Source: Candidatus Spongiihabitans sp.
GTDB lineage: Bacteria; Pseudomonadota; Gammaproteobacteria; Arenicellales; Poriferihabitantaceae
Assembly: GCF_965237845.1 (NCBI RefSeq)
Contig: NZ_OZ250154.1
Span: 2,589,141 to 2,653,140, forward strand
DNA length: 64,000 nucleotides
Direction of reading: 5' to 3'
The notes under the pieces were generated by a model. It was given only the letters and a program-made list of their open reading frames with translations. It made no database searches and was not told where the DNA came from. Both the position numbers and the translations under genes were made by a program. Shown piece by piece: positions 33,952 through 42,650 of the stretch (its first letter is position 1; each line of letters opens with the position of its first letter).

Positions 33952-34905
33952 TCACAAGAACCCATCCCCCGCATGATCATTAAGGCTATCGGCATCTCGG
34001 ATATATTTCATCACCGTGGCCGGGTTTCGATGGCGGGTGATTTCCATAATTTTGTCTATCCGAGCGCCATGTACCGCGGCGCTGGTTACAAAGCCCGCTC
34101 GCAGCGAATGCCCGGCAATCTCTGAAGCGTCCAAGCCAATCTCGGCGGCGTAATGCTTGACGATGCGCGGCACGTCGGAAGGGTGCATATGCGAGCCGCG
34201 CAACTTGCCGCCGCGAAACATTGTCTGGAATACCGGCCCTGACAAAATACCGGCAGCACTCAGCCAGTCTTGCAAGTATTTTATTGGCTTGAGTTTCTTG
34301 CCTTCGGGGATGGCGATTTTCTGACCCAGCCCCTCCTGGTCGGTTTTCGATTTTCGGATATGCAGAAACATTCTCGGGCGTTCCTCATCATCTATAATTT
34401 CGAGATCGTCAATGGTTAAGCCGCAAATCTCAGACCTACGCAATGCCGCCGCAAACCCTAGCGCGATAATTGCCGCATCGCGCTTGCCGATAAGCGTGTC
34501 CGGGCATTTGTCCAACATTGTCTTGATATGATGCTCACGCAAGGCTTTCACCTGTCTCGGCGGCGCGCTCCTGAGGCGCGCCAAGCCCTTGCAGACGCGA
34601 GCGACTTCCGGGTGGTTGGTGGGCGAGGCTGCATTCTGATCGACATGTTTTCGGTTGATCGCGCTACGCCACAAAATCACCGTGCCCAACGCAGGCAGCT
34701 TGCCGTTGGCGCCCGGCTTGGTTGCCGTTTGCACTAGAAACCGTGCCACATCCGATGGATTCGCTGGCAGCGCAGTGATGTTGTTTTGATTACAGTATCG
34801 CTGCCAAAGATGCCAGCCTTTATCGTAAGCAATGCGCGTGTTGTCGGCTAACACCGATGACAGGATGTCGGTGTATGTGTCGTTAATGTTAAATGATTGA
34901 AGCAT
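33952..34905 (-). CDS. Tyrosine recombinase/integrase (Cre-like, with N-terminal SAM-like domain)
   Basis: Catalytic set intact: ALRRSE (R), SKTD (K), HSLR (HxxR), TRH (H), MKYIR (Y). Confidence 0.93.
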   Translation of the reverse strand: MLQSFNINDTYTDILSSVLADNTRIAYDKGWHLWQRYCNQNNITALPANPSDVARFLVQTATKPGANGKLPALGTVILWRSAINRKHVDQNAASPTNHPEVARVCKGLARLRSAPPRQVKALREHHIKTMLDKCPDTLIGKRDAAIIALGFAAALRRSEICGLTIDDLEIIDDEERPRMFLHIRKSKTDQEGLGQKIAIPEGKKLKPIKYLQDWLSAAGILSGPVFQTMFRGGKLRGSHMHPSDVPRIVKHYAAEIGLDASEIAGHSLRAGFVTSAAVHGARIDKIMEITRHRNPATVMKYIRDADSLNDHAGDGFL

Positions 34906-35146
34906 AGTCTATTCACTCAGTTAAAAATAAACTCACTTTATCCGAGAACTAAAGACTATGAGAAGGCAACCAATGAGAAACGGCTTCGTCTATGGCAGTA
35001 TTTAAGGATTTCTTAGCGGTGGTATGGTAAATATTGCAATGGCGTGTCCGGGTGAAAATTATTTTTTGTTGCTGCGAGTTATCCAGACAAATCACAAAGT
35101 CGCATAGTGGCGCGCAGTGATGGATAAGGTGGTTCTTCCAGATTTC

Positions 35147-35971
35147 TTAAAACAAAGATTCTTGCCGTTCTCTTCCAGGGTAAAAAACACCCACAATAAC
35201 AAACGGATTGGTTGCCCAACCATGATATTTCAGGGTTGTTCCTAAAAATAGCAAAACATCGCATTCTTTAGTAAATTTATCAAAATATTTGTTCCGCACT
35301 TGTTGAATAGCCATTTTTTCATCGCCGTTACAGTTTTTTAAGCAATTCCAATATAGTGCACCTATTTCCCAATCTTCTATCATCAAGGTAGGTTCCTTGC
35401 CCTTTATATCCTCAAATTTATATGAAAATTTATAGGGTAATTTATCAACATGCTCAAACTCTTTTTTTACTTCTTCCTCTGTTTGAAAAAGCGATAATTG
35501 CCTGTATTTTTCTTCTAAAACTGCTAATTTTTCACTGTCCCATTCTCTCTCCACTTCCTCAATAATGAAATCAATAATTTTTGCAGGCTTAAAAGTTGCC
35601 AAGGATAAGACGTTATCCTGATTAGCTTTTGCAATTAAATCGGTTAAATCTTCGTATATGGTGCTTTGATTAACAATTTCCTTACGTCTGTACCAATTCT
35701 GCTCGGTGTTTAATTCCTCAATTATCTTTAAGGATGATAAATTTTTGACTTTACGGCTTTCAGGTCTAATATCTGAATAATTGCGTTCTAAGTCTAATTC
35801 TATCCACTGCCATTTTTTATATTGCTGTTCATTTTCTAATGCTCTAAATGATAATGGATAAATCCTTACCCAAGTCCCATCTTCTAAAAACCCAGCAGTG
35901 CAAACCAACTCACTATATCTTTTTGATAATGTCGGATAGGTTTTGACGCTAATAAGAACCTTGGTCAGCAT
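35147..35971 (-). CDS. Conserved hypothetical protein, partner of the DUF488 gene
   Basis: 274-aa AT-rich ORF with KTYP...ELVCTAG...WVRIYP and IEDWEIGALYW motifs; starts 2 nt after the upstream stop. Confidence 0.8.
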   Translation of the reverse strand: MLTKVLISVKTYPTLSKRYSELVCTAGFLEDGTWVRIYPLSFRALENEQQYKKWQWIELDLERNYSDIRPESRKVKNLSSLKIIEELNTEQNWYRRKEIVNQSTIYEDLTDLIAKANQDNVLSLATFKPAKIIDFIIEEVEREWDSEKLAVLEEKYRQLSLFQTEEEVKKEFEHVDKLPYKFSYKFEDIKGKEPTLMIEDWEIGALYWNCLKNCNGDEKMAIQQVRNKYFDKFTKECDVLLFLGTTLKYHGWATNPFVIVGVFYPGRERQESLF

Positions 35972-35973
35972 AA

Positions 35974-36891
35974 TTACAGATGAATGGTTTGAGTTTTATA
36001 ATTATCAGAAAGATAATCAGTAACGCAATGACGATGGCAATCATGGTGGTGTTTTTCAAAACAAGTCAGGGCAATTCTTCGATGCTTTTTTTGCAAGTCT
36101 AATACCTTATTCAGCGCTTCTTCTCTAGCAGGCAATGTGGTTTTATATTCATCAAATAACTTTTTATAATCCTCTTTATTATTCAAATCTTGTCTTTTAT
36201 TAGACTCAACCCCCAACTGAGGAATATGCACATATTCAATATCCAATTTAGGCAAAATATCATTCAGCGCTTTATAGCTAAAACCAAATTTTCGACTAAA
36301 CGGATTTTTTCTTATATCGCCGATCAGTTTTATATTATTTTTAATCAGTTTATTAATATATGCCTCCAAAGTGATGCCTTCATAACCAATCGTATAAATC
36401 GTTGATTCAAAACTGATAAGTTTTTCTTTTTCTTGTCTGATTTGCTTTATAACTCCAGACGGACAGATATTCGTAATTTGGCTTTTAGTCGCATAATACG
36501 GATAATTTTTATATACAAAAACAACTAAAGCATTACCCTTCAATCGTTTTTGTTCATCAGGATATTTAAACAAACTATTACTATCTTTAATCCTCAACCA
36601 AAGAGCAGGTTTTTCTACTTTCAATTTTATCTTGCTATCAACAATCTCAATAAAACCCCGTTCAGACAAATTCAGTAAATCCTTGTCCAGTTGAAAAGAA
36701 TAGCAGCCATATTGATAAGGAACAAAATCATAACCCATAGGCGCTTGTTGCGAAAATAAAAAGCTATGCTTCTGTAACTCCGTTCTGGTTACTTCTGTAT
36801 TGATAAAACGCAACAAGGACAGTAAAAATCGTTGACGATAGAATTTTGGCTTGTTGTTTTGAATGTTCATAGGTAACATTTTACAATTCAT
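35974..36891 (-). CDS. DUF488-domain protein with N-terminal winged-helix/SocA-like region
   Basis: C-terminal half: IYTIGYEG, DIR..P.SRK.GFS, Y.HIPQLG, ALTCFE....CHR. N-terminal half: LQK..FL...Y.F.PY.YG.YS..L..DL. Confidence 0.82.
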   Translation of the reverse strand: MNCKMLPMNIQNNKPKFYRQRFLLSLLRFINTEVTRTELQKHSFLFSQQAPMGYDFVPYQYGCYSFQLDKDLLNLSERGFIEIVDSKIKLKVEKPALWLRIKDSNSLFKYPDEQKRLKGNALVVFVYKNYPYYATKSQITNICPSGVIKQIRQEKEKLISFESTIYTIGYEGITLEAYINKLIKNNIKLIGDIRKNPFSRKFGFSYKALNDILPKLDIEYVHIPQLGVESNKRQDLNNKEDYKKLFDEYKTTLPAREEALNKVLDLQKKHRRIALTCFEKHHHDCHRHCVTDYLSDNYKTQTIHL

Positions 36892-37267
36892 TTTTTACCT
36901 TGGTGGTCTCTAGTTTCTATTTGTAAAAAATTTAGTATCCATTGGGGACTTCTGCTACTGAGTTAATCAGGTATCCTAGTGTTGTTTTAGTACTGAGGAG
37001 GATGCTCGCTATTTTACTGAATTTTTAGCGTTCTGCAGAATCTTTTAATCACCGTTTACAACGAAACTACAATATTAGGCATGGTTTACTTGCAGTGAAA
37101 AGCAAAGAAAATTTGACATCAAAGTAAAAGGCGCGTCGATTGAAAATAAAGGAAATCGTAGTCACTGAAAGCCATCAAAAAAATCATCTGATACCATTCA
37201 CCGCAGTTATGCCTTGTTTGCTAGAATGCGGTTTTAATTATTCACTACTAACTTTAAGGTACGAAAA

Positions 37268-39109
37268 ATGCCTGACTACCGATCCTGGACCACAACTCGC
37301 GGCAGAACCATGGCCGGGGCGCGCGCTTTGTGGCGCGCTACTGGAATGAAAGAGGATGATTTCAACAAACCCATCATTGCCGTTTCCAACTCATTCACGC
37401 AATTCGTGCCCGGACATGTGCATTTAAAAGACATGGGGCAATTGGTTGCCCGTGAAATCGAAGCGGCCGGTGGCGTTGCCAAAGAATTTAATACGATTGC
37501 CATCGATGATGGCATCGCCATGGGGCATGGCGGCATGCTGTATTCATTGCCGTCTCGGGAAATCATCGCCGATTCGGTGGAATATATGGTTAACGCCCAT
37601 TGTGCAGACGCGTTGGTTTGCATCTCCAACTGCGACAAGATCACGCCGGGGATGCTAATGGCCGCCATGCGCCTTAACATTCCGGCGATTTTTGTCTCGG
37701 GCGGGCCGATGGAGGCCGGCAAAGTAACCTGGCGCGATCATGAGAAATCGGTGGACCTGATTGACGCCATGATGGTGGCCGGCGATGACACTGTGACCGA
37801 CCGCGAATCTGAAAATATGGAGCGTTCCGCCTGCCCGACCTGCGGTTCCTGTTCTGGCATGTTCACCGCAAACTCGATGAATTGCCTGGCAGAAGCTTTG
37901 GGGCTTGCCCTGCCTGGCAACGGCACCCTGGTCGCCACCCATAGCGAGCGCGAGCGATTATTTCTCGAAGCAGGGCGAGCCATCGTTGCCGCCGCAAAGC
38001 GATATTATGAACAAGACGATGACGATGTGTTACCGAGATCCATCGCCAACTTTGAGGCTTTTGAAAACGCGATGTCGCTGGATATCGCTATGGGCGGATC
38101 GACCAATACTGTGCTGCATCTGCTCGCTGCAGCGCATGAGGGAGAAATCGAATTTACCATGAAAGACATCGACCGCTTGAGTCGCAAGGTGCCGAACCTG
38201 TGTAGAGTCGCGCCGGCCACACCCGATTATCATGTTGAGGATGTACATCGTGCCGGTGGCGTCATGGCCATACTTGGCGAGTTGGACCGTGCCGGCTTGA
38301 TAAACCGCAATGCCAAAACTGTCCACGCTTCCAGTATCGAACAAGCCATCGCGCTTTGGGATATACGCTTTGTCAATGACCAAAAACGAAAAGATTTTTT
38401 CCGCTCGGCGCCCGGCGGCGTGCCTACTCAGGTGGCGTTTAGTCAAAGCAAACGTTATAAATCCCTGGATTTAGACCGGGAAAATGGATGTATCCGCGAC
38501 CTCGACCATGCTTACAGCAAGGACGGCGGGTTGGCGGTACTGTTTGGCAATCTCGCCGAACAGGGCTGTATCGTCAAAACCGCCGGCGTCGATGAGAACA
38601 TTCTAAAGTTCACCGGCAAAGCCAGGATTTTTGAAAGCCAGGACGCTGCCGTGGACGGGATTCTTGGAAATCAAATTAACGCAGGAGACGTTGTTGTGGT
38701 TCGATACGAAGGGCCAAGGGGCGGTCCCGGAATGCAGGAAATGCTCTATCCAACCACCTACTTAAAATCGAAAGGCCTGGGCAAAACCTGCGCCCTGATT
38801 ACCGACGGGCGATTTTCCGGCGGCACTTCGGGGCTGTCCATCGGACACGTTTCACCGGAAGCCGCAGAGGGAGGGCTGATTGGTCTGGTAGAAGAATATG
38901 ACGCCATCGAAATAGATATTCCAAATCGAACCATCCATCTTGCCGTCGAGCAAGCGGATTTGGAGCAACGCAGAACAAACATGAATGCAAAGGGCCAGGC
39001 CGGATGGAAACCCAATCGGCACCGAGTGGTTAGTGTTGCGCTTAAAGCTTATGCGCGGCTCAGTACCAGTGCGTCCAGGGGTGCGGTCAGAGATGTAACC
39101 CAGCTATAA
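37268..39109 (+). CDS. ilvD: Dihydroxy-acid dehydratase
   Basis: [39 protein letters not shown] and TDGRFSG motifs. Confidence 0.98.
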   Translation: MPDYRSWTTTRGRTMAGARALWRATGMKEDDFNKPIIAVSNSFTQFVPGHVHLKDMGQLVAREIEAAGGVAKEFNTIAIDDGIAMGHGGMLYSLPSREIIADSVEYMVNAHCADALVCISNCDKITPGMLMAAMRLNIPAIFVSGGPMEAGKVTWRDHEKSVDLIDAMMVAGDDTVTDRESENMERSACPTCGSCSGMFTANSMNCLAEALGLALPGNGTLVATHSERERLFLEAGRAIVAAAKRYYEQDDDDVLPRSIANFEAFENAMSLDIAMGGSTNTVLHLLAAAHEGEIEFTMKDIDRLSRKVPNLCRVAPATPDYHVEDVHRAGGVMAILGELDRAGLINRNAKTVHASSIEQAIALWDIRFVNDQKRKDFFRSAPGGVPTQVAFSQSKRYKSLDLDRENGCIRDLDHAYSKDGGLAVLFGNLAEQGCIVKTAGVDENILKFTGKARIFESQDAAVDGILGNQINAGDVVVVRYEGPRGGPGMQEMLYPTTYLKSKGLGKTCALITDGRFSGGTSGLSIGHVSPEAAEGGLIGLVEEYDAIEIDIPNRTIHLAVEQADLEQRRTNMNAKGQAGWKPNRHRVVSVALKAYARLSTSASRGAVRDVTQL

Positions 39110-39320
39110 GCGAAATGGGTTGTTGTTCCGCTTTTGAGTGATCATTCATGTTATGTATGTTACGGTGACTTTTTGGGTAGCCCCTTGGGTTGTTAGCATT
39201 TCAAGCAGCAACGCTTGAATGTTCCCTCTTTGACGGGGGTAACTGATGCTAGAAAAAGTTCGTCAACACGTTCATCAGGATGTGTCCAGTCGTAAATGTA
39301 ACATTTCGGCTTAGGGTGTG

Positions 39321-40499
39321 TCACCCGATGAGGTAGAACGCTGACAAAACGGCCAGCCCTACTGCTGCCTGCACCACAGATCCGCCGCCAAGAATTGCAA
39401 TAGCATTAATTTCTTTGTGATTCGGCAAAGCATGCTGTCGAACCAACCAGTAGAAGCTGTCGTTGGGTAGAATCGCAATAAATGATCCTAGACATATCGC
39501 AAGCACAGCAAGTACTGGCGCTATTCCGGACGCTGTGACGATCGGCAAGGCAAGGGGGCCGACTACTGCAAACGTTGCCATGCTGGACCCTTGCAACAGT
39601 TTGAACAGAGCGCCGAGAGAAAACAAGATAAATAACGCGAATAGACCACCGTGCGCGGCGAACAACTCGTCCACCGGAAATGTTGTGGTCAGAAATGCAC
39701 TGAAAGCACTTGCTGCTCCGATAACCAATAACAGTGCACCCGTTCTTCTCACACCTGACTCAATGCAATTGCGTCGTTCTGACCGATGCACCATGCACAG
39801 CGCCGATGCGGCGGTCAGAATTAGTGCGCCTTTTGGATTGGTTGCAAAATCGATCCACGGATTAGACAAATGTTTAGACAAAACACCAGCCGCAAGCAGG
39901 GCGGCCAAGAGCGCGAACGGCCATAGCCGTGACAGTTCCCTAATGCTGTCTTTGTCGAAGATTTTTATTTCTGAAGAAGGCGCTGGGCGATCAATCGTGC
40001 GCGCAAACAATATCCCTGCGATCCACACTGGAATGAAAATCGCTACGCTATAACCAAAAAGCGCTCGGTCAGCCACAACACCTAAGCTTGCCGCGATAAT
40101 CAGCGGCCCGGCAGGGAAAAGCAACTTGAATCCAGCATAAGAAGAAAATGCCAAAGACAGATGCCAATGTGTTACTGTCGGTGAAAGTGATGCATATGCC
40201 GTATCGGGACAGACCATCCCGGCGCCAGCAAGTGGCGCCATGCCTACTAATATCGGTGATTGCCCTTTGATGTTCAGATGTTCAATGGCCGCAGCAAGGG
40301 TAAAGGAAGGAATCAGGATGAGCGCAAATTCCCCGACTGCCACACCCCAACCTGCACTGAATCGAGAGATCAGTTGTTGCGATGTGCTCCCGGATATGAT
40401 TCCAAGCAAAATGCTGATCAGGATCATCCAGACGACCAAGGGCCAATTTGGGACAAACCTGCGCCAAAAATTCTTTACATTGGATATGGCGGTGTTCAA
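39321..40499 (-). CDS. GntP-family (gluconate permease-like) transporter
   Basis: Multi-TM protein with QGSSMAT and PNDSFYW motifs resembling the GntP QGS.T / NDS.FW signatures. Confidence 0.7.
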   Translation of the reverse strand: MNTAISNVKNFWRRFVPNWPLVVWMILISILLGIISGSTSQQLISRFSAGWGVAVGEFALILIPSFTLAAAIEHLNIKGQSPILVGMAPLAGAGMVCPDTAYASLSPTVTHWHLSLAFSSYAGFKLLFPAGPLIIAASLGVVADRALFGYSVAIFIPVWIAGILFARTIDRPAPSSEIKIFDKDSIRELSRLWPFALLAALLAAGVLSKHLSNPWIDFATNPKGALILTAASALCMVHRSERRNCIESGVRRTGALLLVIGAASAFSAFLTTTFPVDELFAAHGGLFALFILFSLGALFKLLQGSSMATFAVVGPLALPIVTASGIAPVLAVLAICLGSFIAILPNDSFYWLVRQHALPNHKEINAIAILGGGSVVQAAVGLAVLSAFYLIG

Positions 40500-40726
40500 G
40501 CAACCTCTCCAGCGACATAGGCCGCGGTTATGTTTCCCTTGGGATTGGCAAAAAGCTCTTCGGTATTGTTTACTTCAATGATGGTGCCTGCATTGTTGCG
40601 GCACCAGAATACTGCAGATCGGTCCGAAATACGCTTTGCTTGTGCGATATTATGGGTCACCAGCACGATGGTGCATTTCTCCTTGAGTGACGCAATCGAA
40701 TTTTCGACTGTCATACTGGAGATCAT
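40496..40726 (-). pseudogene. pstB: C-terminal remnant of phosphate ABC ATPase PstB
   Basis: ISS..VE..I..LKE..TIVLVTHNIAQA.RISD...F.NP....T..YV.G; Walker A/B and the signature motif are missing. Confidence 0.75.
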
Positions 40727-40930
40727 GACAATAAGACAATATTTTGGTCCAATGCCGTGAGACTGTGAAAGAGCTGCCTTTGGGGAAATTTTGACATGCT
40801 AATATTATTCCATGCTAAAATGAAAATTAGACCCTTTCAAAAATGTCAATATATTTACCTTTTGCTCAATTTGACACAGTTTATTTTTACATCCTGTAAA
40901 ACCTGTAAAATTTCCACTCTATTTCCGCGA

Positions 40931-41386
40931 ATGCTGACTGAACTTGACAAAAAAATTCTCATCGCCCTAAGAGATGATGGCCGGGCAAGTTGGAGTGCGC
41001 TTGCCAAAAGGTTTTCGGTCTCCCGGGTAACCATTCAAAACAGAGTCGAATCCATGCGAGTACGGAAAATCATCAAGGGTTATACGGTGGTTGCAAATGT
41101 TAATTCTGCCAAGGCCGGCATATCTGAGGAAAAGGTATTTTTTATGTTGCAGTTTGTCGCTGGTGATTCTTTTTTTGGTTTGTGCAAGTTGTTGTCCACT
41201 TCGCCGCATGTGCTGGGCATTTGGTGCGTGGCCGGCGAGTGGGATTGTTTTGTGTTGGTAAGTGCGTCAAGTTTGCGGGAGGTGGCAAAATTGCGTGAGC
41301 ACATTTTTGACAAAATAAAAATCAAAAAACTCGAAACTCACCCGGTATTGAACGATTGCCCGCCAGATTTCATGGAGTCCAAATGA
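40931..41386 (+). CDS. Lrp/AsnC family transcriptional regulator
   Basis: LDKKILIALRDDGRAS...LAKRFSVSRVTIQNRV HTH and VAGEWD; start placed at MLTELD. Confidence 0.9.
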   Translation: MLTELDKKILIALRDDGRASWSALAKRFSVSRVTIQNRVESMRVRKIIKGYTVVANVNSAKAGISEEKVFFMLQFVAGDSFFGLCKLLSTSPHVLGIWCVAGEWDCFVLVSASSLREVAKLREHIFDKIKIKKLETHPVLNDCPPDFMESK

Positions 41387-41547
41387 TGTTTAATTATTTG
41401 TCCACGGGTTCTTGAACAACAAAGTTTGGGGCTGACACCTAACATTTGAAATGTGAGGGTTGGAATATGCATGTAAAGCATTGCGAATTAACAAGAACTC
41501 CTGACAACGTTCTTGCTTGATTCGCAACGAACCCAGATGGGCGATGG

Positions 41548-41670
41548 TCAAAGGATAACTCGGTTGTATAAGCCGGCCAGGTCATGGAACAGTTCATCCT
41601 CGTGATAACCGCCGGGGTTTTCTTGGATGGTGCGATTGAAGCGTTCGACATGGGCGTTCATTTTGGGCGA
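41548..41670 (-). mobile_element. Degenerate IS481-like transposase fragment
   Basis: SPKMNAHVERFNRTIQE...YHEDELFHDL matches the end of the integrase core of IS481/IS3-type DDE transposases; the rest is lost. Confidence 0.65.
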
Positions 41671-41798
41671 TCGATTGTTCCAGCACCCGCACCCAAACGG
41701 TTGGCGGATCAATATCGATACAACCAACATCGGTTTATTGTAACATCGTTGGGAAGGATGGTGTAACGCAATCATTCGCCACAATTTCACTTTCAGGA

Positions 41799-42539
41799 TT
41801 ATGCTATCGAGGTTAACAGCCCATAGCCGCAGATAACCACCAACACTATCCCCAAAATGCGTTTGTATTTATCTCCCCCGTCTTGGATTAGCCTGTTATG
41901 CATGTTCAAGCCCAACCAATGACCAATCGCCGCCACAGGAAGAAGATATAGAGAGTATTTAAATTGCAAATCAATTTCAAAAGCCACGAAAGTGGACATC
42001 TTTATCGTCACCAATATCATCCAGGTTACAAATAAGGTGTTACGCAGTTTCTCGATAGCCACGTTTCTGGCGAAAACCGCGGATATGAGCGGCGCGCCGA
42101 TTAGCGAAGTTCCGCTTGCATAACCGCCCATAACCAACAATATGTTGTCCACCAACCGATTTTTACTTTTGAATGAATAATTAAAAACGTAAGTAAGGCC
42201 ATAACAAAATGTGATTCCGTAAATCAGGGGCACCAATAAATCATTGGGTAAATTCAGCAATCCGAATACCCCTATTAATTTGGGAATGAGCAGTATCAAC
42301 ATTGCTTTTTTCAAGTACTGCCAATCGACGTCATGCAAACGGTTGTAAACGGTCAGCGCAGAAAAAATCAGTAAATGAGTGGCCACGATTGGCAGCCAAA
42401 GCAATGGGTTGTCAATAATGAATAACATCAACGGCATGGCCAAGGCGGCCCCGCCAAACCCCAGCCCGCTGCGAACAAATCCGGACCAGACAAAAACCAG
42501 GCACACCAGCGCCCATTCAATGGTGGTCAATGGCGGCAT
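41799..42539 (-). CDS. Sulfite exporter TauE/SafE family membrane protein
   Basis: GFVRSGLGFGGAALAMP motif, about 8 TM segments, 246 aa. Confidence 0.85.
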   Translation of the reverse strand: MPPLTTIEWALVCLVFVWSGFVRSGLGFGGAALAMPLMLFIIDNPLLWLPIVATHLLIFSALTVYNRLHDVDWQYLKKAMLILLIPKLIGVFGLLNLPNDLLVPLIYGITFCYGLTYVFNYSFKSKNRLVDNILLVMGGYASGTSLIGAPLISAVFARNVAIEKLRNTLFVTWMILVTIKMSTFVAFEIDLQFKYSLYLLPVAAIGHWLGLNMHNRLIQDGGDKYKRILGIVLVVICGYGLLTSIA

Positions 42540-42650
42540 TGGGATGGTGTTATTGTGTTAAAAGATACCAGCCAGCGGTCGCGAACGGCGTTGTCAGCCA
42601 GATAGCCAAATAGATTAGATTTTGCCGACAACAATGGCTTCATGCCTTGC

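Noticed and set aside
36950-37040. Three tactga hexamers upstream of the DUF488 gene as possible integrase arm sites
   Set aside because: They are too short and irregularly spaced to distinguish from chance in AT-rich DNA.
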